This document shows positions 40,700 to 57,300 of a DNA stretch of 64,000 bases, one piece after another (the stretch's first letter is position 1; each line of letters begins with the position of its first letter). The stretch is from Auanema rhodensis (taxonomy: Eukaryota; Animalia; Nematoda). Location: the NCBI GenBank assembly GCA_964057225.1, contig OZ059894.1, positions 4,154,001-4,218,000 on the forward strand. Direction: 5' to 3'. The notes under the pieces are model-generated. The model saw nothing but the letters and a program-made list of their open reading frames with translations. It searched no databases and was not told the origin of the DNA. The translations under genes and the position numbers were made by a program.

Positions 40700-43600
40700 C
40701 AATGTAATATAGTGCATTCGATGCGGATTTTTAAGCTGCGTCGATCTGTGTTATCAGATTTGCGCTAGCTTAAAAATGCACCGAGATATCAACTGATATA
40801 AGTTCACACTTATATCCTCGATTTTCACCCTGAAGAATTAATTTTTTCGTTGAATAACATTGTCCATCGTCTTTGCCTTGAAAAATGGAATCTAAAAACA
40901 TCTACTTTTTGCTAAATTATTTTGAAATTTTTCGAAACAATTTTTGTCAAAATGTTTTTGGAAGCAATGTTGAGTGTACATGGAAACTCAACATACACTA
41001 ATGCATCATTTTTCAAACGATCATAACTAATTTTTGTATCAAGCGTTTCTTAATGTAGTATAGTGCATTCGATGCGGATTTTTAAGCTGCGTCGATCTGT
41101 GTTATCAGATTTGCGCTAGCTTAAAAATGCACTGAGATATCAACTGATATAAGTTCACACTTATATCCTCGATTTTCACCCTGAAGAATTAACTTTTTCG
41201 TTGAATAACATTGTCTATCGTCTTTGCCTTGAAAAATGGAATCTAAAAACATCTACTATTTGCTAAATTATTTTGAAATTTTTCGAAAAAATTTTTGTCA
41301 AAATGTTTTTGGAAGCAATGTTGAGTGTACATGGAAACTCAACATACACTAATGCATCATTTTTCAAACGATCATAACTAATTTTTATATTAAGCGTTTC
41401 TCAATGTAGTATAGTGCATTCGATGCGGATTTTTAAGCTGCGTCGATCTGTGTTATCAGATTTGCGCTAGCTTAAAAATGCACCGAGATATCAACTGATA
41501 TAAGTTCACACTTATATCCTCGATTTTCACCCTGAAGAATTAATTTTTTCGTTGAATAACATTGTCCATCGTCTTTACCTTGAAAAATGGAATCTAAAAA
41601 CATCTACTTTTTGCTAAATTATTTTGAAATTTTTCGAAACAATTTTTGTCAAAATGTTTTTGGAAGCAATGTTGAGTGTACATGTAAACTCAACATACAC
41701 TAATGCATCATTTTTCAAACGATCATAACTAATTTTTGTATCAAGCGTTTTTCAATGTAGTATAGTGCATTCGATGCGGATGTTTAAGCTGCGTCGATCT
41801 GTGTTATCAGATTTGCGCTAGCTTAAAAATGCACCGAGATATCAACTGATATAAGTTCACACTTATATCCTCGATTTTCACCCTGAAGAAATAATTTTTT
41901 CGTTGAATATTATTGTCCATCGTCTTTGCCTTGAAAAAAGGAATCTAAAAACATCTACTTTTTGCTAAATTATTTTGAAATTTTTCGAAAAAATTTTTGT
42001 CAAAATGTTTTTGGAAGCAATGTTGAGTGTACATGGAAACTCAACATACACTAATGCATCATTTTTCAAAAGATCATAACTAATTTTTGTATCAAGCGTT
42101 TCTCAATGTAGTATAGTGCGTTCGATGCGGATTTTTAAGCTGCGTCGATCTGTGTTATCAGATTTGCGCTAGCTTAAAAATGCACCGAGATATCAACTGA
42201 TATAAGTTCACACTTATATCCTCGATTTTCACCCTGAAGAATTAATTTTTTCGTTGAATAACATTGTCCATCGTCTTTGCCTTGAAAAATGGAATCTAAA
42301 AACATCTACTTTTTGCTAAATTATTTTGAAATTTTTCGAAACAATTTTTGTCAAAATGTTTTTGGAAGCAATGTTGAGTGTACATGGAAACTCAACATAC
42401 ACTAATGCATCATTTTTCTAACGATCATAACTAATTTTTGTATTAAGCTTTTCTCAATGTAGTATAGTGCATTCGATGCAGATTTTTAAGCTGCGTCGAT
42501 CTGTGTTATCAGATTTGCGCTAGCTTAAAAATGCACCGAGATATCAACTGATATAAGTTCACACTTATATCCTCGATTTTCACCCTGAAGAATTAATTTT
42601 TTCGTTGAATAACATTGTCCATCGTCTTTGCCTTGAAAAATGGAATCTAAAAACATCTACTTTTTGCTAAATTATTTTGAAATTTTTCGAAACAATTTTT
42701 GTCAAAATGTTTTTGGAAGCAATGTTGAGTGTACATGGAAACTCAACATACACTAATGCATCATTTTTCAAACGATCATAACTAATTTTTGTATCGAGCG
42801 TTTCTTAATGTAGTATAGTGCATTCGATGCGGATTTTTAAGCTGCGTCGATCTGTGTTATCAGATTTGCGCTAGCTTAAAAATGCACCGAGATATCAACT
42901 GATATAAGTTCACACTTATATCCTCGATTTTCACCCTGAAGAAATAATTTTTTCGTTGAATAACATTGTCCATCGTCTTTGCCTTGAAAAAAGGAATCTA
43001 AAAACATTTAATTTTTGCTGAATTATTTTGAAATTTTTCGAAAAAATTTTTGTCAAAATGTTTTTGGAAGCAATGTTGAGTGTACATGGAAACTCTACAT
43101 ACACTAATGCATCATTTTTCAAACGATCATAACTAATTTTTGTATCAAGCGTTCTTCAATGTAGTATAGTGCATTCGATGCGGATTTTTAAGCTGCGTCG
43201 ATCTGTGTTATTAGATTTGCGCTAGCTTAAAAATGCACCGAGATATCAACTGATATAAAATCACACTTATATCCTCGATTTTCACCCTGAAGAAATAATT
43301 TTTTCGTTGAATATTATTGTCCATCGTCTTTGCCTTGAAAAAAGGAATCTAAAAACATCTACTTTTTGCTTAATTATTTTGAAATTTTTTGAAAAAATTT
43401 TTGTCAAAATGTTTTTGGAAGCAATGTTGAGTGTACATGGAAACTCAACATACACTAATGCATCATTTTTCGAACGATCATAACTAATTTTTGTATCAAG
43501 CGTTTCTCAATGTAATATAGTGCATTCGATGCGGATTTTTAAGCTGCGTCGATCTGTGTTATCAGATTTGCGCTAGCTTAAAAATGCACCGAGATATCAA

Positions 43601-46600
43601 CTGATATAAGTTCACACTTATATCCTCGATTTTCACCCTGAAGAATTAACTTTTTCGTTGAATAACATTGTCTATCGTCTTTGCCTTGAAAAATGGAATC
43701 TAAAAACATCTACTTTTTGCTAAATTATTTTGAAATTTTTCGAAAAAATTTTTGTCAAAATGTTTTTGGAAGCAATGTTGAGTGTACATGGAAACTCAAC
43801 ATACACTAATGCATCATTTTTCTAACGATCATAACTAATTTTTGTATTAAGCTTTTCTCAATGTAGTATAGTGCATTCGATGCGGATTTTTAAGCTGCGT
43901 CGATCTGTGTTATCAGATTTGCGCTAGCTTAAAAATGCACCGAGATATCAACTGATATAAGTTCACACTTATATCCTCGATTTTCACCCTGAAGAATTAA
44001 TTTTTTCGTTGAATAACATTGTCCATCGTCTTTGCCTTGAAAAATGGAATCTTAAAACATCTACTTTTTGCTAAATTATTTTGAAATTTTTCGAAAAAAT
44101 TTTTGTCAAAATGTTTTTGGAAGCAATGTTGAGTGTACATGGAAACTCAACATACACTAATGCATCATTTTTCAAACGATCATAACTAATTTTTGTATCA
44201 AGTGTTTCTCAATGTGATATAGTGCATTCGATGCGGATTTTTAAGCTGCGTCGATCTGTGTTATCAGATTTGCGCTAGCTTAAAAATGCACCGAGATATC
44301 AACTGATATAAGTTCACACTTATATCCTCGATTTTCACCCTGAAGAATTAATTTTTTCGTTGAATAACATTGTCCATCGTCTTTGCCTTGAAAAATGGAA
44401 TCTAAAAACATCTACTTTTTGCTAAATTATTTTGAAATTTTTCGAAACAATTTTTGTCAAAATGTTTTTGGAAGCAATGTTGAGTGTACATGGAAACTCA
44501 ACATACACTAATGCATCATTTTTCAAACGATCATAACTAATTTTTGTATCAAGTGTTTCTCAATGTAATATAGTGCATTCGATGCGGATTTTTAAGCTGC
44601 GTCGATCTGTGTTATCAGATTTGCGCTAGCTTAAAAATGCACCGAGATATCAACTGATATAAGTTCACACTTATATCCTCGATTTTCACCCTGAAGAATT
44701 AATTTTTTCGTTGAATAACATTGTCCATCGTCTTTGCCTTGAAAAATGGAATCTAAAAACATCTACTTTTTGCTAAATTATTTTGAAATTTTTCGAAACA
44801 ATTTTTGTCAAAATGTTTTTGGAAGCAATGTTGAGTGTACATGGAAACTCAACATACACTAATGCATCATTTTTCAAACGATCATAACTAATTTTTGTAT
44901 CAAGCGTTTCTTAATGTAGTATAGTGCATTCGATGCGGATTTTTAAGCTGCGTCGATCTGTGTTATCAGATTTGCGCTAGCTTAAAAATGCACCGAGATA
45001 TCAACTGATATAAGTTCACACTTATATCCTCGATTTTCACCCTGAAGAATTAACTTTTTCGTTGAATAACATTGTCTATCGTCTTTGCCTTGAAAAATGG
45101 AATCTAAAAACATCTACTATTTGCTAAATTATTTTGAAATTTTTCGAAAAAATTTTTGTCAAAATGTTTTTGGAAGCAATGTTGAGTGTACATGGAAACT
45201 CAACATACACTAATGCATCATTTTTCAAACGATCATAACTAATTTTTATATTAAGCGTTTCTCAATGTAGTATAGTGCATTCGATGCGGATTTTTAAGCT
45301 GCGTCGATCTGTGTTATCAGATTTGCGCTAGCTTAAAAATGCACCGAGATATCAACTGATATAAGTTCACACTTATATCCTCGATTTTCACCCTGAAGAA
45401 TTAATTTTTTCGTTGAATAACATTGTCCATCGTCTTTGCCTTGAAAAATGGAATCTAAAAACATCTACTTTTTGCTAAATTATTTTGAAATTTTTCGAAA
45501 CAATTTTTGTCAAAATGTTTTTGGAAGCAATGTTGAGTGTACATGTAAACTCAACATACACTAATGCATCATTTTTCAAACGATCATAACTAATTTTTGT
45601 ATCAAGCGTTTTTCAATGTAGTATAGTGCATTCGATGCGGATTTTTAAGCTGCGTCGATCTGTGTTATCAGATTTGCGCTAGCTTAGAAATGCACCGAGA
45701 TATCAACTGATATAAGTTCACACTTATATCCTCGATTTTCACCCTGAAGAAATAATTTTTTCGTTGAATATTATTGTCCATCGTCTTTGCCTTGAAAAAA
45801 GGAATCTAAAAACATCTACTTTTTGCTAAATTATTTTGAAATTTTTCGAAAAAATTTTTGTCAAAATGTTTTTGGAAGCAATGTTGAGTGTACATGGAAA
45901 CTCAACATACACTAATGCATCATTTCTCAAAAGATCATAACTAATTTTTGTATCAAGCGTTTCTCAATGTAGTATAGTGCGTTCGATGCGGATTTTTAAG
46001 CTGCGTCGATCTGTGTTATCAGATTTGCGCTAGCTTAAAAATGCACCGAGATATCAACTGATATAAGTTCACACTTATATCCTCGATTTTCACCCTGAAG
46101 AATTAATTTTTTCGTTGAATAACATTGTCCATCGTCTTTGCCTTGAAAAATGGAATCTAAAAACATCTACTTTTTGCTAAATTATTTTGAAATTTTTCGA
46201 AACAATTTTTGTCAAAATGTTTTTGGAAGCAATGTTGAGTGTACATGGAAACTCAACATACACTAATGCATCATTTTTCAAACGATCATAACTAATTTTT
46301 GTATCGAGCGTTTCTTAATGTAGTATAGTGCATTCGATGCGGATTTTTAAGCTGCGTCGATCTGTGTTATCAGATTTGCGCTAGCTTAAAAATGCACCGA
46401 GATATCAACTGATATAAGTTCACACTTATATCCTCGATTTTCACCCTGAAGAAATAATTTTTTCGTTGAATAACATTGTCCATCGTCTTTGCCTTGAAAA
46501 AAGGAATCTAAAAACATTTAATTTTTGCTGAATTATTTTGAAATTTTTCGAAAAAATTTTTGTCAAAATGTTTTTGGAAGCAATGTTGAGTGTACATGGA

Positions 46601-49600
46601 AACTCTACATACACTAATGCATCATTTTTCAAACGATCATAACTAATTTTTGTATCAAGCGTTCTTCAATGTAGTATAGTGCATTCGATGCGGATTTTTA
46701 AGCTGCGTCGATCTGTGTTATTAGATTTGCGCTAGCTTAAAAATGCACCGAGATATCAACTGATATAAAATCACACTTATATCCTCGATTTTCACCCTGA
46801 AGAAATAATTTTTTCGTTGAATATTATTGTCCATCGTCTTTGCCTTGAAAAAAGGAATCTAAAAACATCTACTTTTTGCTTAATTATTTTGAAATTTTTT
46901 GAAAAAATTTTTGTCAAAATGTTTTTGGAAGCAATGTTGAGTGTACATGGAAACTCAACATACACTAATGCATCATTTTTCGAACGATCATAACTAATTT
47001 TTGTATCAAGCGTTTCTCAATGTAATATAGTGCATTCGATGCGGATTTTTAAGCTGCGTCGATCTGTGTTATCAGATTTGCGCTAGCTTAAAAATGCACC
47101 GAGATATCAACTGATATAAGTTCACACTTATATCCTCGATTTTCACCCTGAAGAATTAACTTTTTCGTTGAATAACATTGTCTATCGTCTTTGCCTTGAA
47201 AAATGGAATCTAAAAACATCTACTTTTTGCTAAATTATTTTGAAATTTTTCGAAAAAATTTTTGTCAAAATGTTTTTGGAAGCAATGTTGAGTGTACATG
47301 GAAACTCAACATACACTAATGCATCATTTTTCTAACGATCATAACTAATTTTTGTATTAAGCTTTTCTCAATGTAGTATAGTGCATTCGATGCGGATTTT
47401 TAAGCTGCGTCGATCTGTGTTATCAGATTTGCGCTAGCTTAAAAATGCACCGAGATATCAACTGATATAAGTTCACACTTATATCCTCGATTTTCACCCT
47501 GAAGAATTAATTTTTTCGTTGAATAACATTGTCCATCGTCTTTGCCTTGAAAAATGGAATCTTAAAACATCTACTTTTTGCTAAATTATTTTGAAATTTT
47601 TCGAAAAAATTTTTGTCAAAATGTTTTTGGAAGCAATGTTGAGTGTACATGGAAACTCAACATACACTAATGCATCATTTTTCAAACGATCATAACTAAT
47701 TTTTGTATCAAGTGTTTCTCAATGTGATATAGTGCATTCGATGCGGATTTTTAAGCTGCGTCGATCTGTGTTATCAGATTTGCGCTAGCTTAAAAATGCA
47801 CCGAGATATCAACTGATATAAGTTCACACTTATATCCTCGATTTTCACCCTGAAGAATTAATTTTTTCGTTGAATAACATTGTCCATCGTCTTTGCCTTG
47901 AAAAATGGAATCTAAAAACATCTACTTTTTGCTAAATTATTTTGAAATTTTTCGAAACAATTTTTGTCAAAATGTTTTTGGAAGCAATGTTGAGTGTACA
48001 TGGAAACTCAACATACACTAATGCATCATTTTTCAAACGATCATAACTAATTTTTGTATCAAGTGTTTCTCAATGTAATATAGTGCATTCGATGCGGATT
48101 TTTAAGCTGCGTCGATCTGTGTTATCAGATTTGCGCTAGCTTAAAAATGCACCGAGATATCAACTGATATAAGTTCACACTTATATCCTCGATTTTCACC
48201 CTGAAGAATTAATTTTTTCGTTGAATAACATTGTCCATCGTCTTTGCCTTGAAAAATGGAATCTAAAAACATCTACTTTTTGCTAAATTATTTTGAAATT
48301 TTTCGAAACAATTTTTGTCAAAATGTTTTTGGAAGCAATGTTGAGTGTACATGGAAACTCAACATACACTAATGCATCATTTTTCAAACGATCATAACTA
48401 ATTTTTGTATCAAGCGTTTCTTAATGTAGTATAGTGCATTCGATGCGGATTTTTAAGCTGCGTCGATCTGTGTTATCAGATTTGCGCTAGCTTAAAAATG
48501 CACCGAGATATCAACTGATATAAGTTCACACTTATATCCTCGATTTTCACCCTGAAGAATTAACTTTTTCGTTGAATAACATTGTCTATCGTCTTTGCCT
48601 TGAAAAATGGAATCTAAAAACATCTACTATTTGCTAAATTATTTTGAAATTTTTCGAAAAAATTTTTGTCAAAATGTTTTTGGAAGCAATGTTGAGTGTA
48701 CATGGAAACTCAACATACACTAATGCATCATTTTTCAAACGATCATAACTAATTTTTATATTAAGCGTTTCTCAATGTAGTATAGTGCATTCGATGCGGA
48801 TTTTTAAGCTGCGTCGATCTGTGTTATCAGATTTGCGCTAGCTTAAAAATGCACCGAGATATCAACTGATATAAGTTCACACTTATATCCTCGATTTTCA
48901 CCCTGAAGAATTAATTTTTTCGTTGAATAACATTGTCCATCGTCTTTGCCTTGAAAAATGGAATCTAAAAACATCTACTTTTTGCTAAATTATTTTGAAA
49001 TTTTTCGAAACAATTTTTGTCAAAATGTTTTTGGAAGCAATGTTGAGTGTACATGTAAACTCAACATACACTAATGCATCATTTTTCAAACGATCATAAC
49101 TAATTTTTGTATCAAGCGTTTTTCAATGTAGTATAGTGCATTCGATGCGGATTTTTAAGCTGCGTCGATCTGTGTTATCAGATTTGCGCTAGCTTAGAAA
49201 TGCACCGAGATATCAACTGATATAAGTTCACACTTATATCCTCGATTTTCACCCTGAAGAAATAATTTTTTCGTTGAATATTATTGTCCATCGTCTTTGC
49301 CTTGAAAAAAGGAATCTAAAAACATCTACTTTTTGCTAAATTATTTTGAAATTTTTCGAAAAAATTTTTGTCAAAATGTTTTTGGAAGCAATGTTGAGTG
49401 TACATGGAAACTCAACATACACTAATGCATCATTTTTCAAAAGATCATAACTAATTTTTGTATCGAGCGTTTCTCAATGTAGTATAGTGCGTTCGATGCG
49501 GATTTTTAAGCTGCGTCGATCTGTGTTATCAGATTTGCGCTAGCTTAAAAATGCACCGAGATATCAACTGATATAAGTTCACACTTATATCCTCGATTTT

Positions 49601-52600
49601 CACCCTGAAGAATTAATTTTTTCGTTGAATAACATTGTCCATCGTCTTTGCCTTGAAAAATGGAATCTAAAAACATCTACTTTTTGCTAAATTATTTTGA
49701 AATTTTTCGAAACAATTTTTGTCAAAATGTTTTTGGAAGCAATGTTGAGTGTACATGGAAACTCAACATACACTAATGCATCATTTTTCTAACGATCATA
49801 ACTAATTTTTGTATTAAGCTTTTCTCAATGTAGTATAGTGCATTCGATGCAGATTTTTAAGCTGCGTCGATCTGTGTTATCAGATTTGCGCTAGCTTAAA
49901 AATGCACCGAGATATCAACTGATATAAGTTCACACTTATATCCTCGATTTTCACCCTGAAGAATTAATTTTTTCGTTGAATAACATTGTCCATCGTCTTT
50001 GCCTTGAAAAATGGAATCTAAAAACATCTACTTTTTGCTAAATTATTTTGAAATTTTTCGAAACAATTTTTGTCAAAATGTTTTTGGAAGCAATGTTGAG
50101 TGTACATGGAAACTCAACATACACTAATGCATCATTTTTCAAACGATCATAACTAATTTTTGTATCAAGCGTTTCTTAATGTAGTATAGTGCATTCGATG
50201 CGGATTTTTAAGCTGCGTCGATCTGTGTTATCAGATTTGCGCTAGCTTAAAAATGCACCGAGATATCAACTGATATAAGTTCACACTTATATCCTCGATT
50301 TTCACCCTGAAGAAATAATTTTTTCGTTGAATAACATTGTCCATCGTCTTTGCCTTGAAAAAAGGAATCTAAAAACATTTAATTTTTGCTGAATTATTTT
50401 GAAATTTTTCGAAAAAATTTTTGTCAAAATGTTTTTGGAAGCAATGTTGAGTGTACATGGAAACTCTACATACACTAATGCATCATTTTTCAAACGATCA
50501 TAACTAATTTTTGTATCAAGCGTTCTTCAATGTAGTATAGTGCATTCGATGCGGATTTTTAAGCTGCGTCGATCTGTGTTATTAGATTTGCGCTAGCTTA
50601 AAAATGCACCGAGATATCAACTGATATAAAATCACACTTATATCCTCGATTTTCACCCTGAAGAAATAATTTTTTCGTTGAATATTATTGTCCATCGTCT
50701 TTGCCTTGAAAAAAGGAATCTAAAAACATCTACTTTTTGCTTAATTATTTTGAAATTTTTTGAAAAAATTTTTGTCAAAATGTTTTTGGAAGCAATGTTG
50801 AGTGTACATGGAAACTCAACATACACTAATGCATCATTTTTCGAACGATCATAACTAATTTTTGTATCAAGCGTTTCTCAATGTAATATAGTGCATTCGA
50901 TGCGGATTTTTAAGCTGCGTCGATCTGTGTTATCAGATTTGCGCTAGCTTAAAAATGCACCGAGATATCAACTGATATAAGTTCACACTTATATCCTCGA
51001 TTTTCACCCTGAAGAAATAATTTTTTCGTTGAATATTATTGTCCATCGTCTTTGCCTTGAAAAAAGGAATCTAAAAACATCTACTTTTTGCTAAATTATT
51101 TTGAAATTTTTCGAAAAAATTTTTGTCAAAATGTTTTTGGAAGCAATGTTGAGTGTACATGGAAACTCAACATACACTAATGCATCATTTTTCAAAAGAT
51201 CATAACTAATTTTTGTATCAAGCGTTTCTCAATGTAGTATAGTGCGTTCGATGCGGATTTTTAAGCTGCGTCGATCTGTGTTATCAGATTTGCGCTAGCT
51301 TAAAAATGCACCGAGATATCAACTGATATAAGTTCACACTTATATCCTCGATTTTCACCCTGAAGAATTAATTTTTTCGTTGAATAACATTGTCCATCGT
51401 CTTTGCCTTGAAAAATGGAATCTAAAAACATCTACTTTTTGCTAAATTATTTTGAAATTTTTCGAAACAATTTTTGTCAAAATGTTTTTGGAAGCAATGT
51501 TGAGTGTACATGGAAACTCAACATACACTAATGCATCATTTTTCTAACGATCATAACTAATTTTTGTATTAAGCTTTTCTCAATGTAGTATAGTGCATTC
51601 GATGCAGATTTTTAAGCTGCGTCGATCTGTGTTATCAGATTTGCGCTAGCTTAAAAATGCACCGAGATATCAACTGATATAAGTTCACACTTATATCCTC
51701 GATTTTCACCCTGAAGAATTAATTTTTTCGTTGAATAACATTGTCCATCGTCTTTGCCTTGAAAAATGGAATCTAAAAACATCTACTTTTTGCTAAATTA
51801 TTTTGAAATTTTTCGAAACAATTTTTGTCAAAATGTTTTTGGAAGCAATGTTGAGTGTACATGGAAACTCAACATACACTAATGCATCATTTTTCAAACG
51901 ATCATAACTAATTTTTGTATCAAGCGTTTCTTAATGTAGTATAGTGCATTCGATGCGGATTTTTAAGCTGCGTCGATCTGTGTTATCAGATTTGCGCTAG
52001 CTTAAAAATGCACCGAGATATCAACTGATATAAGTTCACACTTATATCCTCGATTTTCACCCTGAAGAAATAATTTTTTCGTTGAATAACATTGTCCATC
52101 GTCTTTGCCTTGAAAAAAGGAATCTAAAAACATTTAATTTTTGCTGAATTATTTTGAAATTTTTCGAAAAAATTTTTGTCAAAATGTTTTTGGAAGCAAT
52201 GTTGAGTGTACATGGAAACTCTACATACACTAATGCATCATTTTTCAAACGATCATAACTAATTTTTGTATCAAGCGTTCTTCAATGTAGTATAGTGCAT
52301 TCGATGCGGATTTTTAAGCTGCGTCGATCTGTGTTATTAGATTTGCGCTAGCTTAAAAATGCACCGAGATATCAACTGATATAAAATCACACTTATATCC
52401 TCGATTTTCACCCTGAAGAAATAATTTTTTCGTTGAATATTATTGTCCATCGTCTTTGCCTTGAAAAAAGGAATCTAAAAACATCTACTTTTTGCTTAAT
52501 TATTTCGAAATTTTTTGAAAAAATTTTTGTCAAAATGTTTTTGGAAGCAATGTTGAGTGTACATGGAAACTCAACATACACTAATGCATCATTTTTCGAA

Positions 52601-54300
52601 CGATCATAACTAATTTTTGTATCAAGCGTTTCTCAATGTAATATAGTGCATTCGATGCGGATTTTTAAGCTGCGTCGATCTGTGTTATCAGATTTGCGCT
52701 AGCTTAAAAATGCACCGAGATATCAACTGATATAAGTTCACACTTATATCCTCGATTTTCACCCTGAAGAATTAACTTTTTCGTTGAATAACATTGTCTA
52801 TCGTCTTTGCCTTGAAAAATGGAATCTAAAAACATCTACTTTTTGCTAAATTATTTTGAAATTTTTCGAAAAAATTTTTGTCAAAATGTTTTTGGAAGCA
52901 ATGTTGAGTGTACATGGAAACTCAACATACACTAATGCATCATTTTTCTAACGATCATAACTAATTTTTGTATTAAGCTTTTCTCAATGTAGTATAGTGC
53001 ATTCGATGCGGATTTTTAAGCTGCGTCGATCTGTGTTATCAGATTTGCGCTAGCTTAAAAATGCACCGAGATATCAACTGATATAAGTTCACACTTATAT
53101 CCTCGATTTTCACCCTGAAGAATTAATTTTTTCGTTGAATAACATTGTCCATCGTCTTTGCCTTGAAAAATGGAATCTTAAAACATCTACTTTTTGCTAA
53201 ATTATTTTGAAATTTTTCGAAAAAATTTTTGTCAAAATGTTTTTGGAAGCAATGTTGAGTGTACATGGAAACTCAACATACACTAATGCATCATTTTTCA
53301 AACGATCATAACTAATTTTTGTATCAAGTGTTTCTCAATGTAATATAGTGCATTCGATGCGGATTTTTAAGCTGCGTCGATCTGTGTTATCAGATTTGCG
53401 CTAGCTTAAAAATGCACCGAGATATCAACTGATATAAGTTCACACTTATATCCTCGATTTTCACCCTGAAGAATTAATTTTTTCGTTGAATAACATTGTC
53501 CATCGTCTTTGCCTTGAAAAATGGAATCTAAAAACATCTACTTTTTGCTAAATTATTTTGAAATTTTTCGAAACAATTTTTGTCAAAATGTTTTTGGAAG
53601 CAATGTTGAGTGTACATGGAAACTCAACATACACTAATGCATCATTTTTCAAACGATCATAACTAATTTTTGTATCAAGTGTTTCCCAATGTAATATAGT
53701 GCATTCGATGCGGATTTTTAAGCTGCGTCGATCTGTGTTATCAGATTTGCGCTAGCTTAAAAATGCACCGAGATATCAACTGATATAAGTTCACACTTAT
53801 ATCCTCGATTTTCACCCTGAAGAATTAATTTTTTCGTTGAATAACATTGTCCATCGTCTTTGCCTTGAAAAATGGAATCTAAAAACATCTACTTTTTGCT
53901 AAATTATTTTGAAATTTTTCGAAACAATTTTTGTCAAAATGTTTTTGGAAGCAATGTTGAGTGTACATGGAAACTCAACATACACTAATGCATCATTTTT
54001 CAAACGATCATAACTAATTTTTGTATCAAGCGTTTCTTAATGTAGTATAGTGCATTCGATGCGGATTTTTAAGCTGCGTCGATCTGTGTTATCAGATTTG
54101 CGCTAGCTTAAAAATGCACCGAGATATCAACTGATATAAGTTCACACTTATATCCTCGATTTTCACCCTGAAGAATTAACTTTTTCGTTGAATAACATTG
54201 TCTATCGTCTTTGCCTTGAAAAATGGAATCTAAAAACATCTACTATTTGCTAAATTATTTTGAAATTTTTCGAAAAAATTTTTGTCAAAATGTTTTTGGA
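40700..54300. repeat. 10/11-mer higher-order repeat with a 5-mer derivative; boundaries approximate
   Basis: Cassette CATTTAA / ACTCTACAT / GTTCTTC / TATTAGA / CGAACG at ORFs 42931, 46441 (+10 monomers), 50302 (+11), 52057 (+5). TTTTTATATT allele near 41382, 45243, 48753. Confidence 0.88.
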
Positions 54301-57300
54301 AGCAATGTTGAGTGTACATGGAAACTCAACATACACTAATGCATCATTTTTCAAACGATCATAACTAATTTTTGTATCAAGCGTTTTTCAATGTAGTATA
54401 GTGCATTCGATGCGGATTTTTAAGCTGCGTCGATCTGTGTTATCAGATTTGCGCTAGCTTAAAAATGCACCGAGATATCAACTGATATAAAATCACACTT
54501 ATATCCTCGATTTTCACCCTGAAGAAATAATTTTTTCGTTGAATAACATTGTCCATCGTCTTTGCCTTGAAAAATGGAATCTAAAAACATCTACTTTTTG
54601 CTAAATTATTTTGAAATTTTTCGAAACAATTTTTGTCAAAATGTTTTTGGAAGCAATGTTGAGTGTACATGGAAACTCAACATACACTAATGCATCATTT
54701 TTCAAACGATCATAACTAATTTTCGTATCAAGTGTTTCTCAATGTTATATAGTGCATTCGATGCGGATTTTCAAGCTGCGTCGATCTGTGTTATCAGATT
54801 TGCGCTAGCTTAAAAATGCACCGAGATATCAACTGATATAAGTTCACACTTATATCCTCGATTTTCACCCTGAAGAATTAACTTTTTCGTTGAATAACAT
54901 TGTCTATCGTCTTTGCCTTGAAAAATGGAATCTAAAAACATCTACTATTTGCTAAATTATTTTGAAATTTTTCGAAAAAATTTTTGTCAAAATGTTTTTG
55001 GAAGCAATGTTGAGTGTACATGGAAACTCAACATACACTAATGCATCATTTTTCAAACGATCATAACTAATTTTTGTATCAAGCGTTTTTCAATGTAGTA
55101 TAGTGCATTCGATGCGGATTTTTAAGCTGCGTCGATCTGTGTTATCAGATTTGCGCTAGCTTAAAAATGCACCGAGATATCAACTGATATAAAATCACAC
55201 TTATATCCTCGATTTTCACCCTGAAGAAATAATTTTTTCGTTGAATAACATTGTCCATCGTCTTTGCCTTGAAAAATGAAATCTAAAAACATCTACTTTT
55301 TGCTAAATTATTTTGAAATTTTTCGAAACAATTTTTGTCAAAATGTTTTTGGAAGCAATGTTGAGTGTACATGGAAACTCAACATACACTAATGCATCAT
55401 TTTTCAAACGATCATAACTAATTTTTGTATCAAGTGTTTCTCAATGTAATATAGTGCATTCGATGCGGATTTTTAAGCTGCGTCGATCTGTGTTATCAGA
55501 TTTGCGCTAGCTTAAAAATGCACCGAGATATCAACTGATATAAGTTCACACTTATATCCTCGATTTTCACCCCGAAGAATTAATTTTTTCGTTGAATAAC
55601 ATTGTCCATCGTCTTTGCCTTGAAAAATGGAATCTAAAAACATCTACTTTTTGCTAAATTATTTTGAAATTTTTCGAAACAATTTTTGTCAAAATGTTTT
55701 TGGAAGCAATGTTGAGTGTACATGGAAACTCAACATACACTAATGCATCATTTTTCAAACGATCATAACTAATTTTTGTATCAAGCGTTTCTTAATGTAG
55801 TATAGTGCATTCGATGCGGATTTTTAAGCTGCGTCGATCTGTGTTATCAGATTTGCGCTAGCTTAAAAATGCACCGAGATATCAACTGATATAAGTTCAC
55901 ACTTATATCCTCGATTTTCACCCTGAAGAATTAACTTTTTCGTTGAATAACATTGTCTATCGTCTTTGCCTTGAAAAATGGATTCTAAAAACATCTACTA
56001 TTTGCTAAATTATTTTGAAATTTTTCGAAAAAATTTTTGTCAAAATGTTTTTGGAAGCAATGTTGAGTGTACATGGAAACTCAACATACACTAATGCATC
56101 ATTTTTCAAACGATCATAACTAATTTTTGTATCAAGCGTTTTTCAATGTAGTATAGTGCATTCGATGCGGATTTTTAAGCTGCGTCGATCTGTGTTATCA
56201 GATTTGCGCTAGCTTAAAAATGCACCGAGATATCAACTGATATAAGTTCACACTTATATCCTCGATTTTCACCCTGAAGAAATAATTTTTTCGTTGAATA
56301 TTATTGTCCATCGTCTTTGCCTTGAAAAAAGGAATCTAAAAACATCTACTTTTTGCTAAATTATTTTGAAATTTTTCGAAAAAATTTTTGTCAAAATGTT
56401 TTTGGAAGCAATGTTGAGTGTACATGGAAACTCAACATACACTAATGCATCATTTTTCAAAAGATCATAACTAATTTTTGTATCAAGCGTTTCTCAATGT
56501 AGTATAGTGCGTTCGATGCGGATTTTTAAGCTGCGTCGATCTGTGTTATCAGATTTGCGCTAGCTTAAAAATGCACCGAGATATCAACTGATATAAGTTC
56601 ACACTTATATCCTCGATTTTCACCCTGAAGAATTAATTTTTTCGTTGAATAACATTGTCCATCGTCTTTGCCTTGAAAAATGGAATCTAAAAACATCTAC
56701 TTTTTGCTAAATTATTTTGAAATTTTTCGAAACAATTTTTGTCAAAATGTTTTTGGAAGCAATGTTGAGTGTACATGGAAACTCAACATACACTAATGCA
56801 TCATTTTTCTAACGATCATAACTAATTTTTGTATTAAGCTTTTCTCAATGTAGTATAGTGCATTCGATGCAGATTTTTAAGCTGCGTCGATCTGTGTTAT
56901 CAGATTTGCGCTAGCTTAAAAATGCACCGAGATATCAACTGATATAAGTTCACAATTATATCCTCGATTTTCACCCTGAAGAATTAATTTTTTCGTTGAA
57001 TAACATTGTCCATCGTCTTTGCCTTGAAAAATGGAATCTAAAAACATCTACTTTTTGCTAAATTATTTTGAAATTTTTCGAAACAATTTTTGTCAAAATG
57101 TTTTTGGAAGCAATGTTGAGTGTACATGGAAACTCAACATACACTAATGCATCATTTTTCAAAAGATCATAACTAATTTTTGTATCAAGCGTTTTTCAAT
57201 GTAGTATAGTGCATTCGATGCGGATTTTTAAGCTGCGTCGATCTGTGTTATCAGATTTGCGCTAGCTTAAAAATGCACCGAGATATCAACTGATATAAGT